A stretch of 57,427 bases of DNA, filler included, from Basidiobolus ranarum (GCA_040143965.1; 5 parts of 5 records of this genome joined end to end with filler, not necessarily neighbours in it), one strand, 5' to 3'; counted from the first letter of the whole stretch, positions 1-13,123 are shown. Numbers and translations: made by a program. Notes: a model not told the origin generated them from the sequence alone.

Positions 1-3000
1 CATTAAATGGCACCGAGGGCGGAAGAGGGTAATTGTTCGCTCGGAAGCCACCATAGCGATTGTCTCGGTAATCAGGCGCAGCTACACCAAAAGAATTGGG
101 TTTCATGCGTCCTGAATAGCGATTTTCTACTTCATATCCCTCGCGACCAAATGGATAGTCACGATCTCGATAGATGCCATTGAACCTTCGATAAGAATCA
201 CGAGTGGCCCAATCTTTGTGTGCTCGGCCACGGTCTTTGTCTCTTTCGCGTTCACGATCGCGCATTCTATCTCGTTGGTATCTATCATCAGACCAGCCTG
301 GTCCCGATGGCAGTCCTGCTGCATTCATATTCATATCGCGATAATCTCGCTCCCTAGATTCACGTTCTCGAGCATCTCGAAATTCAAAGCGATAACCTGG
401 ACGATAGGAATCGCTCCTGCGACTAGGTGGAAGGTTGGGGTTGGAGCTTAGAGGACCGGGTCTTTGTCCATAGTAATCAGCCTCTCGATCATTCAAATCC
501 TTGGGATGATCTGGTCCATCTTCTGTGGGATCCTCAGGGTTGGCAGGGTCGTATGGTTTTGATTGGTAACTAGTAGTAGATGTGGAGTCAGAAGGATTTG
601 GATGAGTCGTACTCACAGCAGGGGCTATATCTTCAGATTTGACAGAGGATGGTGATGGCGATGGGGTATCAATATCTTCAGCTTGTGCTGATTCCGAAAC
701 GTTTCTTGGTTCATGCGGATCTTCGGGTTCGTCTTTGGAATTTGATGCTAGTGTTGTATCAATTGAGATATCCCGAGGTTCTTTATCCAGGTGCGATGAG
801 GTTTCTACTTTCATATCTGACTGGTTCTCGATCTCCAAGACGGATGTATCTACGGAAAGATCTTTCACCGGAAAACTAACAGGAAAATATTCAGTTTTAG
901 GAACAGGAATGAGATCTACTTGCTCTTCAAACTTGATAGGTGCTATTTCTGCGCCTAAATCCTCGTTTGATGTAGGAGGAATATCCTGCTTTTCCTTGGT
1001 CTCCTTTTCTTTCTCATTACCATCCACATCTTCTAGCTTATGATCAACAGGCTTATCCTGACCGCCATCTTCTCGGGTCTCAGCATTTGGTTTCGATGTA
1101 GAAGAAAGATTGGACTCACGCTTCCGCTTCAGATTGTATTCTTGCAGAGATATTTTGACTTTACCTTGCGCAGATCCCGTATTTGTACCAGTATTCTCAC
1201 TCTCTGCGTTGAGTGTGGTCTCTTCACTAGTATTAGGAGGTTTGGCTTCTTCGCCTTTGTTGCCGTCTTCTTGGGGTTCGCTAGGATTCTGAGTAAGTGG
1301 TTGACTTTCCTCTTGATGAGCTTTTTGAACCTTTCTTAGGTTTTCCTGGTACTCTTTAAGCGATAATTTGACTTTAGTAGGCGCCGTACTAGATGGTTCC
1401 ACAGTCTCTTCTGTTGTAGTGTTTTCTACCTTCGCAGAATCTGAAATGTTATCAACTTGCTGACTAGGCGTATCCATAACCTCCAAGCTCTCTTGAATCT
1501 TCTTTATTGGCGATTCTTTATCCAGAGATGTTTGCTTAACAGATTGATCAGGTGTGCATTCTTTCAGTGGGGTCTCTTCAGTCACAGGTTCGCTGGATAA
1601 CTCTTCTTTGACTGGTTCTGGCTGAGACTTGGCACTCGATTTTTCGAAAGATTTTTCCGGCACTGGTTTTACCTGAGGTTTATCTACTAATGGTTTACTA
1701 TCAACCCTAAGCGTTATCGTCTCTGGGCTGTCACCAACAACGTCAATCTCCACTATCTGATGAGAATCAGGAGAAGAAGGAACAGACAAATCGTCAGATA
1801 TGTTGACATCTTCCAAAGACTCTTGCTCAGGTGTAAGAGATTTTGACCTGACTGTAAGATTACTAAGTTCAGGGGCATCAACCTTTTTAGTTCCATGGGA
1901 ATTTCCTTGTAAATCAACTTGTTCTTGCTGAACTTCAGGCTTCTCATTCAACTCTACATTGGAACTTGAGATGCTATCTTTACTTGGGATATCATTCTTA
2001 TGTGGAGAATCAAGAGGCGAACGATACTTGGATGGAACATCATCAACAGCTTTGGGCTCATCAACAATGATATCTCCGTCTTCAGTATTATCAATATCTA
2101 CACCATCATTGGACGTTATCGTGATTTTGTTTACACTTTCATAACCCGAGTTCTTCTCAGGGCTTTCAGGCTCTGCTTTTTTACCTTTAGGATCGGTTTC
2201 ACATCCTTGATATCTTTGGATCCAATATTTCTTAAGACCGACTCTAGCAATATTCGTCTTGGCGCGCTTTGAAGGACTACGATATCCCTCGTCTCCGGAT
2301 GACTCCATAGGTGAAAACGAAGATCTTTTATTTCGTCTGTCACTTGAGTTACGTCCTTTATGTCCGTACATTTCTTCATCGGAAGAAATAATAGGTGATG
2401 AATTGTATCGATGTTTAACTCTCGATTTGAATTCAGAGTGGACTTCCTTTTCCAACGAAACGCTTCCATCAGATGAAAGCTCGGGAAGTGGAGAAGAGTG
2501 CGAGTTGGAGCCTTCACGATCTTTCCGTCGCTTCCCGGGGGTTTTGGGTCCTTTGATATTTGGACCATCTGCTGAAATAACCTTGCGTTTAGGAGGTCGA
2601 CCAGGTTTTCTTTTGATTTGAACACCGACAGGAGGTTTCATAACCTTTGGAAATGAATCCTCCCCTGAAAGGTTATCAACATCAAAATCTTCATCACTAG
2701 CTTCTTGTCGGCCATTGACTTTGATCACTCGGTTGATTTTCATTTTATCATCAGATGAGTCACTAGAAGAGTTGTCCTCGACTTCAGATTTGAAAATCTT
2801 ATAGATCAAACATTTAGAAGGCTCCATACAAGCACATCCAAATGTTGCTATCAAAGAGTTCATGGAGAGTTTCTTCCTATGTGTAAATTCAGTCCTAGGT
2901 AATGAATCCGGCTCTTGATTGTTGATATCCCATTCCCACCCAATAGTAATCTCTTCACCTTCAGGAATAGGTTTTTTTGAAAAAATACCCAAATGTGCTA

Positions 3001-4106
3001 TTGTACTTTCTCCCTCGGTAACAACGATCGTTCGAAGCTCAGCGTTAGGCTTGCAGTGTTTGCGTACGAACCTAGATTCGTTACCAGAACGTCTGGAATC
3101 TACACAAAGATCTAGACTAGGATGAAATAAAACGAACTGCTTCGGAATTCCCAAAATTCTGTATTGATTATTAGGAACACGTTTGTAGCTTGATTTAAGG
3201 TAGACTTCGCCTTTGTACTCGACAATGAATCTACCTTTAGAGATATTCGAGTCTGCAAACAGACCAAACTGTGGGTATTGCGGATTAGCTTCATTGGGAA
3301 TCTCATGTACACCTATACGAATTTTAGGACTAGACAGTGAAGCACTCTCCATGAATACTATAGGACTGTTATCCACTGACGATGACCGACGTCTTCCGCT
3401 AGGTGACCCTTCATTTTTATCCTTGGGCTCGTTATCGCCGGAATCTTCCCTGCTTTTGGTGCCGCCTTTCTTAGCTTCTTTGGCAGCTTTGTGAAATATT
3501 TCTGTCACATCAACATCTGCAAGTATGTTATCCTCGATATATTCGTATTTCAAATCTTGTTCTAGAAACATAGGACCCTGATTGTGAGAATCATCATCAG
3601 CAGTATCACTATAACGTCGCTGTGTGAATGGTCGAGTTTTAGATCTAGCACCATTTTTCTTTTTAGCATCTTGACTTGCCGCAATACCATATCCATTGAT
3701 GACTCTTTCGTTGGGTTTTTTTGATTTGATGTTGGGTCGCTTTTTGAAAAGCTCTTTTTGTTGTCGTTGTAGAATCTCAAGTCTAAGTCGTTGGTGCTCT
3801 TTAGCTTTCTGGATAATAATAAACTGATTAAAACCACTTAAATACTCACAAAAATGTAATATAAATAGAAGTACATACTTTGAAGTCAAGAGGTCTAGGC
3901 ATACAAATATCACAAAGATATTTGTCGGGTACTGTATCAGGGGCAATATCAACACATACAGCGTGTTGCCAGACTAAGCAAGTCTCGCATTGTATGGTAA
4001 AACCATCGTCCTCTGAATACCCACATATACATCGAATGATCCCCTGATCTTCCTCTGAACTAGACCCATAAGGGCTGGTTTTTTCTCTATATGTTTTAGA
4101 AGTCAT
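1..4106 (-). CDS. Set3/Set4/MLL5-like PHD finger + SET domain protein, 3'-partial (exons 4106-3879 and 3808-<1)
   Basis: Exon 1 has a PHD finger (IRCICG..DDGFTIQCETCLVWQHAVCV..YLCDIC). A GT..AG intron lies at 3878-3809. Exon 2 reads FGLFADSNISKGRFIVEYKGEV..VDSRRSGNESRFVRKHCKPNAE..GEEITIGWEWD (SET domain), then a long low-complexity tail; the same frame is still open at position 1. Confidence 0.9.
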
Positions 4107-5991
4107 CTCACAAGTATGTAGCCTAAAAAGATTTTAAAAAAGTGGTCAATACGTTGAGTTATTGAGCGTAATTATACAAAAAACTGTATTTCGTTAAATT
4201 CGAAGAAATAAAAGAGCGGTAAAAACAACCATTAAGTTGTCATTATGGCTCATCAAAAAATCGACAATAATCTTTTTTTTAAAAAAAAAAGCAAAGAACA
4301 AGTCGCATTTTGTTTTACAGATTATCTGTTTGCCACATATGTAACTTTCTCTTTTATCTTTTTAAAAAGAAACTGCAAAAATACCTTGGAAAAAACACAG
4401 TATGTAATGGAAGTAAGGCAGAAGTTAGCTTACTTTTTGGAGTAGAGAAAATGTCAGCAGAGCGTTTTTTCAGAAGAGCAGAGTATAAATATTACAAAAT
4501 TATGAGTTGAAAAATAGATAGTTAATTAAGAAAATGTAAGGACGAGTTTGTTTGAATAATAAGCCTTCTGTTTTCAAATTGAGTATGTGAATGATAAAAG
4601 ATTTAAAACACTATAGTTCATTATTTGAGAAGGCTAAAGCATTCCTTGTTCTGGTTTCTTTTTTGTGTCGACTATAAACGAGCTATTGTCTCCAAAAAAA
4701 GAAAAGCTGGTTACTGTTGAGTCTCGCTGTAATTCGGTTCTGAGAGGCACTAGGTAATAGATTTCTGTGCTTGAATTGCTCTAATTTTCAGGGTTTCTCG
4801 CTTGTTTTCCAATGAACAACACAGAACAAAAGGTGGAAAAAAATTCAAGTGCAAGTGAAGAAAAGAAAAAGCGGTGTCTTCAAAAGCAGAATTCAAAATA
4901 AATGCTATGAGCGATGAATTTCAGATCTGGTTTGGGGATATTATCCATATTATACTCCAGTATGTCTATAACTTTTATCTATATTAGATCCTATATTCCA
5001 GGGACCTCAGTAGAAAATCGGAATAGTAGCAGTAATCGCGGACATAGTTCAAAGACAAATATTTCACGAAAACTCAATCACAAAATCGAAAATATCTTTA
5101 ATTGGTTTCAATTTTTCATTAACTCCGATTAATCACCCAGGATTGAAACAAACGATTCCGATAGGTTATACTTACTTTTCATGATCCTGGAAATGTGAGA
5201 GCACCAACTGGCTAAATCACATGGCCCAACATATAATAAGTTTCAAGAAAATAAGTCGATTGAAATCCGTGTGTCATTAAATGTCGGAGCTGAGATGGCA
5301 CCACTCTATGGATTGATTGGTGACAAAAGCGGCAACTATCCTCGGATCAAGAAAATTCAGGGTTTTTGGCAACAGTAAGCACCGCACATAAACAATATAA
5401 AATCTGGATGGATGAAAACAGGGAAATGGAAACAAGTACTGCGCCGAGCCATGCGCAAAACCACTCTCTGAGGAATCTATTGGCTGTTCTCGCCGATGAC
5501 TCCTTACCATCCACCAATGGAAATGACCAAGGAGAGAATCTAGCCCATGTCGTTTTATACCTTCCTTTCCAATCCTAGTCCCTTTTTGAGATTGCACCAA
5601 TGTTCACGAATTACGCGTTATTGATATATACATTCATACATCTCTTAAGGAGCGGTTCTACAGTGCTCGTGACATAAATTATGGTGACACAGACAGTTGA
5701 TACGCGACAACCACCTTCGCGTTGGTGACATGCCTTGCCTTAATTTGAAAGATCGATGCCTTGAAAATTGAAACATGTCCACAACATGCGTTCCTATTGC
5801 ACCACAATTGTTGTTGATCATTGCGGGATTGTTGATTAAATGTGGAAGAGCAACAGACCAGAATGTGATTTGCCAAAGACGCATATATATATACACACTA
5901 TCATTCGTGATTTAATCTATTAGACTTTTCTGATATTGATGGAGTAGGCGTCTTACTTGATTGCAGTAAGGGGTAGGGAAGTGACGACGTA

Positions 5992-7734
5992 TCAGGTTCG
6001 ATCCTTTTCTGTAGCTGCGTTTTCGGTGAAGGCGTGCTTGACGATAGGGCAATGCAACAATTCTTCAGCATTGGTGAAAAAGGCCCATAGTTCTGGTGGA
6101 TGGTCTTTGAAGGTTCGCGACGTTCTCATTTGAAACCGTTCAAGCTGGCTGAGCTTAGTCTCTGGGTTGCTGTCTGTTATTTCACGTGTAGGGGTACGAG
6201 TCAGGAGCGTATTTAAGGAGAATATCCTAGAGTTATTGCTAGGTGTTGAGGAGGATAGCCTGCGGGTGGATACGTCTCGAATGAAGATTTTCAATATCTG
6301 ATCAGGAAATTCACGAGCAATCTTGGAGTATCTAGAAAAAGTGATCAGTTGGCAAACATTAACACCAATTTACAAAACAACCCTTTACAATTCCATATCC
6401 AGTTCACCACTATCTCCTACCAAGATAAATTTGCGATGTGGAAAGTCCTATCAAAGCCCCATTAGACTAGTTCAAAAGAGTCTCGACAATTACAAAAAAA
6501 CCTTCAGAATTTCTAAAATCGCCTCATTTTTGCCTATATCTGCAGACTGCCATAGTTTACCCCATTTATCTACGATTTTTAAATGTGCACTACCAATTGG
6601 GAATGTATGTTTCTCAAAGAAAGACTGAAGTGTGGGAAGGAGTTCCCATGGTGAATTGCTAACGTAATGGATAGAAGCACCTTTAAGCCACTAGATGATT
6701 TGATGAGATTTTTGTAACATGATTCAAAGTGTTGCTTTATACCTTACCCAATGATGGTAAACCTTGGCCATTCCAGGTACCTGGATTGTTTTTCTGTAGT
6801 TAGTATATTGGAGTGTGTTGATGTTACAAAAGCAAGCTTACCTCTTTCATATCTTGTAAGAATGTGTTGGCAAGAATCTCACGGGTGCCTAGCGACACAT
6901 TCAACTCTTTGATGGTATCATCAATGTCCTATTGTGATGTATGAAAATGACTAAATGCTAGGAACTGAGGTTGCAATCCAGGGGATAGGTACCGATATGA
7001 TTGATATTCCATAGGGCTCAATTAGATTTACAGCACCATAGGTAGGTTTTGCTGCACACAGATGGTATTAGCATTTATGTAAGCATAATTATTATTAGTT
7101 TTTTGCTTTTACCAAATTCTACTGCTGTCGCTCGGATTTTAAGTAAATTTCTTCTGTCTTCTTTCAGGTCAAACGACGTCTCTGACTGAATTAAGTCACT
7201 TGGTATTTCAATATATCCCGAGAAACGTCCTTTTTCAGGGTGCAGATTCGCTTCTAAAGAGTGCCCGCTACATATGAAATCTAGGTTGGATTCCTCAGGG
7301 TCTCCATTAAGTTCCATTTGACCTGCTTTCATAAAGCCAACTACTTTGATATTGACGCTAGGAATTTGCGCTTTTGAAACTAAAAACAAACGTGAACGTA
7401 GTTCCAAAGTGGAACATGTATCATGATGAGTGGATATTCCAGCTACTCTTTTCGCAAGACCTGAGGTTTAAAGTTAATTAAGGGATAAAAGAGTGGATAA
7501 ATATAGGATATACCTAGCATAGCTTTCTTTCGCCCAATTCCTTTGTTTGTGCAGAATACCCAACCTTTTACTTTAACGGACCAGTGGGGAACATTACACT
7601 CATCTATTGACAATGAACTGGTAAATATTTGAATCAGAATGTGTATGCTGAGTATGAAGAGCGAAAATACCCAATACTTTTTTAGCGTAAGTAGGAAACA
7701 TCAAGCACTCATGTTGCAGGAGTCTAAGCCTCAT
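5992..7734 (-). CDS. APP1: Phosphatidate phosphatase App1 family (DUF2183), multi-exon
   Basis: Manual splicing gives MRLRLLQHECLMFPTYA..WSVKVKGWVF..GISIIS|DIDDTIK..VPGMAKVY..HYVSNSPWELLP..PHRKFILVGDSGELDME..IAREFPDQILKIFIRDV. The DIDDT motif and GDSGE..KIFIR are typical of App1. Exon boundaries are approximate. Confidence 0.85.
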
Positions 7735-8444
7735 TAGATGTTACTTTTATGATAATCTTAACGTATTGCAAAAGTGGTTTAATTAGGTAGATTTCTTAAG
7801 CCAACTACTTGTACATATAATTATGGTTAGTTTAGATGCACAATATCGTATTAACGTATATCCTCACTTTTATCGGCTTCTACGGAGGAGCTGGTAGGAA
7901 GGACTGCCTGGTTCCTAGTAATTTTTCCGTTGAAAGCTCTAAGCGGAAATATTCAAAAGTCACATGTGAATCGGTGACTTCACTTTTAATTTAAATAGTA
8001 GTTGTACTTTCTCACTATTCCTTTAAAAGATTAGGTACTATGTCATTTCACTAAATCAATTCAGTTGATTGAATTAACTTGACTATACTATTACACATAT
8101 ACTTAGGTATTTGATCAACGTATGTCTTGTAAAGTAAAAGAGAGTTATCAGACATGAAGTATCTCTTCATATCAGTTATCTATGGCTATTTGAGATCTCT
8201 TCAAAAGTCGGATTTCACTCATTGAATCGACCGAATTTCTGGATGATCAACGTAATTGAGGTAAAATAAGTTTACGAAAGAGCGGTTAAAAGTCAAAGAT
8301 TTTCATCATAAGCTATTAGTCAGGTTTACCAAGTGACCAAACGGAAGAAGATGAAACATACCATGGTTACAACAGTGCGAATGAACAATTTATTAATAAC
8401 TATGCTGATAAGGACGAGGATGAGTGACAATGTAAATCGGCAAC

Positions 8445-10163
8445 TTAAATAGTAATGGATTTCTTTGAAGTCAATAGGTTCTTTGGATCCGAGCGAACCT
8501 CATTAGTGCGGAATTGAAGTTCAGCTGTCCATTCACCGGTGGCTTGCTTCTTAGGCACAGTAAACTTGTACTTATTAGTGTATTGTATCTGTTTCTTTCC
8601 ATTCTTAAACCAGTTGAGGGTATATTTCTCATTGTTAATGCGTTTTTCACGTAGATGAGCAAGTTTGATAGGGACCAAGCTTATTTCAACCTTCTTGCCG
8701 TTCTGGTCAGGAGTGAATTTGAGCTCATCAATAAGTGACACACGAGAAAGGAATTTCTCCCAGAGTCCTTCCTTACAAGGAGCACAGAATTGCTCAGAGG
8801 ACATATCACGCATTAAGCAGCGTTCGTTGGTGGGGCGGTAAGTTTTACGCTTTTGATAATCGAAAGTAGGGTATGCGTTGATGTAATTATTATCCCAGTG
8901 GTATTCTGATTCTTTACCATATTCATGTAGAGTAATGGAGCACAGTTGTCGAATTGGTGCACCAGGTTGGGGGGCCACACCAGATTTGAAAACTAAAGTA
9001 TGATTACCAGCACTTAAAGTATTCTTATCGTCAAACCAAGTGTAGAAGCTACGATCCAGAATTCCTGATGTCTTCCATGGAAGGCGCTTTCCATCAAGGT
9101 AAGCCTCAAAGGAATCTGGTACTTCAGCTCCGGAAACACTGAGCTTCATGAACCAACGGTTATATTTTCCATCAGAAGTGAAAGAAACGTTATAGGGGCC
9201 CTTGGCAAGATCATACCACGCATAATTCTGAACTCTTTGGACGTTGCGTTGCTCCTTAAGTGGACCTGTGAGCCATTTCTTCCAAGTAATTTTATCCAAT
9301 GAAGGTGCTGAGTTTACACCGTCGTAAACTTGACCACCATCATACTCTTCACCAACATCATTGAAACTGTGTCCCATTTCGTGACGGAGAACAACAGTAC
9401 CAGACGTGGGGGAGCGAGTTGAGATAACGAACTCACCGCCTAAACCACCATAGTAATCATCGTTACCGATTAAACTAGGGAAATCACATTGGTAAGGCTT
9501 CAAGGCATTGCAAGCAGCACGAGCCTCATCCTCCTTGGCAGGATAAATACCTCTTAACTCAGTACCATCGCGATAAAGGCCGAATGGTGTATTCTTTGGC
9601 TTACCGCCTACACCAATTCCTGAATCAACTGATGGTCTGAAGAGACCCCATATGTTGAAGAGAGGAAGGTATGAGGCAAAAGTGTTTCCGGTAAACATGT
9701 CGTGAGTCAATCTCGTCATGTCATCAATAAAACGTTGCTTCTCCGCCTCCTGATATCCATCTCCCATGAATACAACATCAATACGATTAGCTGGATCACC
9801 ACTCTGGTCAATGGGGATAAGTTCATCGGCTACAGCTCTGGCTACAAGTTTTTTTGGTGCTTCAACAACATCGGAGCAATACTCGTTAAGTCTGTTACGG
9901 ACCACGTCTGGATTCTGGCCAATAAGTTCCAAAATGCGACCACTATGAGTAGGGGCTAGTCCATGATGGTCGACTTTCTGTGGGCGTTCCTCAACGAACA
10001 CGTCATTAGAATCGGTCAATGAACGCATTTGTTGTGTGGCTCCCTCGCGGAGGATTTGGCAGGAATTGCCATCACGAGAAGCCAAGATGTGATGTGAAGA
10101 GGGGAAATTGGCAGCAGCAAAGGAGAATAAACTCAGTAATGCCAGGGAAGAAGTTGCTCTCAT
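8445..10163 (-). CDS. Secreted peptidase family M64 (IgA-peptidase-like) zinc metalloprotease
   Basis: 572-aa intronless ORF with an N-terminal signal peptide, NRIDVVFMGDGY, the zinc motif HEMGHSF..GEEY, and RPT..CLMR..FCAPC. Confidence 0.88.
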   Translation of the reverse strand: MRATSSLALLSLFSFAAANFPSSHHILASRDGNSCQILREGATQQMRSLTDSNDVFVEERPQKVDHHGLAPTHSGRILELIGQNPDVVRNRLNEYCSDVVEAPKKLVARAVADELIPIDQSGDPANRIDVVFMGDGYQEAEKQRFIDDMTRLTHDMFTGNTFASYLPLFNIWGLFRPSVDSGIGVGGKPKNTPFGLYRDGTELRGIYPAKEDEARAACNALKPYQCDFPSLIGNDDYYGGLGGEFVISTRSPTSGTVVLRHEMGHSFNDVGEEYDGGQVYDGVNSAPSLDKITWKKWLTGPLKEQRNVQRVQNYAWYDLAKGPYNVSFTSDGKYNRWFMKLSVSGAEVPDSFEAYLDGKRLPWKTSGILDRSFYTWFDDKNTLSAGNHTLVFKSGVAPQPGAPIRQLCSITLHEYGKESEYHWDNNYINAYPTFDYQKRKTYRPTNERCLMRDMSSEQFCAPCKEGLWEKFLSRVSLIDELKFTPDQNGKKVEISLVPIKLAHLREKRINNEKYTLNWFKNGKKQIQYTNKYKFTVPKKQATGEWTAELQFRTNEVRSDPKNLLTSKKSITI

Positions 10164-10205
10164 GGTTACTTCAATATCTGAGGTTGAGAGTAGGCTCTCA
10201 TGGGT

Positions 10206-10213
10206 TATTTATA
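10206..10213 (-). promoter_or_regulatory. TATA box upstream of the M64 peptidase
   Basis: TATAAATA on the minus strand about 45 nt upstream of the ATG. The same 8-mer precedes several other genes in the window. Confidence 0.5.
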
Positions 10214-11001
10214 TCAAAAAGGATAGTAGAATTTATATTTCAAGCATCTGATAACCTTTTTACCTGTAGAGTTATCTAATTACATTATGAAAACTATATA
10301 TTGATATTGAACATCACTGATCTACCCGAGCTCTGGATTAACAGATACTTGCCAGATTCTTTGGTTACTGAATGTTTTACTTATTTTGTAACTGCTCATA
10401 TTAGTCAATAAAAGGGCATTGAAGCTCTATACAATATTAGTTTGATTTAAAAGTTCATGACAAAATCACGTTATTACTGGTACAACGTATTATACAGCAT
10501 GAATATCTGGATATGTTGAGTAAATCCGATTAAAAATGGAGCCACCGGTTTCATATCGTTGAGCTTTCCCATGGGTTTCTTTCTCTACGAGAGAATTCCC
10601 TACCTCATGGAAAAATGAACATGAATTCCGGATTATGTGTAACTGGATGTATCTTCGGATTACTGACGATATCATGCTGTGGAAATAAAGGAGCCAATAA
10701 AGTTACTGTTTATCCCAATTAGCTGCACCTGGGGAATAATAAGCGTGTGAGTTTCAAACATATCAGTTAACCTTTAAATGACCCACAACTTTCTCACACG
10801 TACTTGACCAAATTATCTTATAAATTGTCAAGTGACTCTTTTCAGGTTGCTCTTGTTTAATACTAGATGCTACTAATTGAATACCTGTGGCTATTACTGA
10901 AGAAGTATATCGATAGTCGAAATACGTTGTACGGATTGAATACAGCAATAGAGTGCCAATTTCACCATCAATTTTGCATCTCTTATCATCAGCGTAAATA
11001 G

Positions 11002-11044
11002 TATTCATTCGCAATATTCATTCGCAATATTCATTCGCAGTATT
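11002..11044. repeat. 13-bp tandem repeat x3 (TATTCATTCGCAA)
   Basis: Directly visible. Confidence 0.85.
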
Positions 11045-11421
11045 GTAACCATGACGTGCTTCATTAGCTTACCAAAACCTGACTAATAGCATACGATGAA
11101 AATCTTTGGCTTTTAACCACTCTTTCGAATGCTCATCATCTTAGGTTTGGCTTCAATTACATTGGTCATCCAGAAATTCGGTTGATTCAATAATCAACAT
11201 GCTTTTCTTTCTCTACAGGACATCCGTTGATCAAAAACTTGAATATACGTATGTACAGTCAAATCAACACTGACTGACATATATCCGTTGATAAGATGCT
11301 AGGATACATATACAACCATGTCAAATCAGCGTATTAATATTTAAACCGATATACATCAGCCATAACAAGATACAGGCGACGCATTCCACTGTATTGTGAT
11401 ATAACCACAAGTACATGATAT

Positions 11422-11521
11422 NNNNNNNNNNNNNNNNNNNNNNNNNNNNNNNNNNNNNNNNNNNNTTAATTAATTAANNNNNNNNNNNNNNNNNNNNNNN
11501 NNNNNNNNNNNNNNNNNNNNN
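11422..11521. other. Artificial contig linker (N + TTAATTAATTAA + N)
   Basis: 100-nt N run with a six-frame-stop spacer, identical at four sites. Confidence 0.97.
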
Positions 11522-11583
11522 TACTAAGCAACCATACAAAAAATAAATCAAGTACAGCATGAAGAATAAGGTATGATAGTTAC

Positions 11584-12593
11584 CTGTGGCGAATAGCCAT
11601 GTTGCTTGCTACTCCTCCACTAGCCACGAGAGAGGTAACTTTGATGTTTCGTTGTATACAATGATTGAAAGCAAGTGTGAGCTTGTTTTCTAGATGTTTG
11701 AGGACCACACCTTGAAAAGAAGCCGCCATATCAGCTACCATCTGGGGATTATTAGTGTCTACTTGCTCTTCTACTATTCGCGAAACGGCGGCTTTCAATC
11801 CCGAGAAGCTGAAATTCATTTTGTAACGATGTTCATTGACATTTAAAGGAATTGGTAAAATAAACTTGGTCGCATCTCCGTCAAGTGCACATTTCTCTAA
11901 AGCTGCGCCCGCACCACCACCACGACCCTTAATCCAAGGTAATTTCAAACTTCTGGCTACTTTGTCAAAAGCTTCTCCAACACTATCGTCTAAGGTAGTC
12001 CCTAGCATTTGATATTTATTGACATCTTCAGCGAGCAATATTAAAGTATGTCCACCGGAGATTAACAAACACAGAAAGGGAAATTGAGGTTGCCATTCTT
12101 CGGTAAGCCTAGCTGTAAGAGCGTGGCCTTCCATATGATGAACTCCAATTAAAGGTTTTTTTAGAACAGCAGCAAGGGTTTTGGCTGCATTTAATCCTAC
12201 ACTCAAGCAGGCAGGAATACCAGGACCACGAGTAACAGCGATAGCATCTAATTCGAAGGCCGAAATACCACTTTCATCCAAAGCTTTGCGAACGGTGCTA
12301 GGTAAATGCATAGTGTGACTTTTCAAAGCAAGATTTGGAACAATTCCTCCATGGGATTCGTGTAAATGGTGCTGCAAAGTTATGGCTTCGCTAAGAATTT
12401 TACGATCACTATTTACTACAGCAGCTGTTGTGTCATCACAAGAGGTCTCGATTCCCAAGATAGTAATAGGTTTACTACGCTTTTCGGGAATAGGGTCATA
12501 GTAAGAGTGCTTTGTAGCAGTTGTGAAGAGACGTAGGATACTTCTCTTATTAGTATAAAGCTGCGTATATTTAGGTTTGAAGGCGTTTAACAT
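11584..12593 (-). CDS. QRI7: Mitochondrial tRNA N6-threonylcarbamoyltransferase (Qri7/OSGEPL1, TsaD family), 3'-partial
   Basis: ILGIETSCDDT, VTRGPG, HHMEGH, LLISGGHT, DDSVGEAFDKVAR, FSFSGLK and SGGVASN, plus a basic N-terminal presequence. A GT donor follows at 11583, then the contig ends. Confidence 0.93.
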
Positions 12594-13123
12594 AGCTAAG
12601 TCACTCTATGTTTCCAGTAAGGACGATATAAATGTGATGAAGCATATATTGGAGCAGGATTGGGTGCAATATGGGGAAAGCAAAATTTGTAGCTTTGATC
12701 GACCAACTCTTAATTTCCCATAGGTATTCGTTTTCGAATCAAGGGACAGAAATTAAATACAAGAGTTTTTGTAATTTGCTATAAAGGGTTTCTATGGAAA
12801 TGGATACATCCTTATCGTGAGGGATAGAATACCATACCAACTAACAAATGGTAGGGCGTCCACAAAAGTGTGTGGATAATACTTATCCGTAATCCAACTC
12901 AAGGTGGCATATATCTGAGGTTTCAGCCGGCTCAAGCATCAATATTGTCTAGTAATAAATACGTTAAGTAGGTAATGAAGTTAGAAGCGCATGAAGAATT
13001 AATTGTTTTACAACTAAAGGTTTATTTATTTATTGTGTTGATACTTGCAATTGGGATAAAAATATTCAGAGACAACTAACGAATAGGAATAATAGATACG
13101 AGCTTGGGTTAAATGTGACCGAT

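Noticed and set aside
127-3837. Many short ORFs on both strands
   Set aside because: They are shadow or alternative frames of the long Set3-like exon, which the ORF track missed because it has no stop in the window.
5785-5890. snR30/U17 snoRNA
   Set aside because: TTCCTA and AGACCA only partly match the conserved AUAUUCCUA and AAACCAU motifs.
11466-11477. Recurring palindrome TTAATTAATTAA as a biological motif
   Set aside because: It always sits inside identical N runs and is an assembly spacer with stops in all six frames.
12634-12700. C/D snoRNA (GTGATGA plus a short 18S-complementary AGGATTGGGT)
   Set aside because: There is no properly placed CTGA D box and it overlaps the QRI7 upstream region; likely chance.
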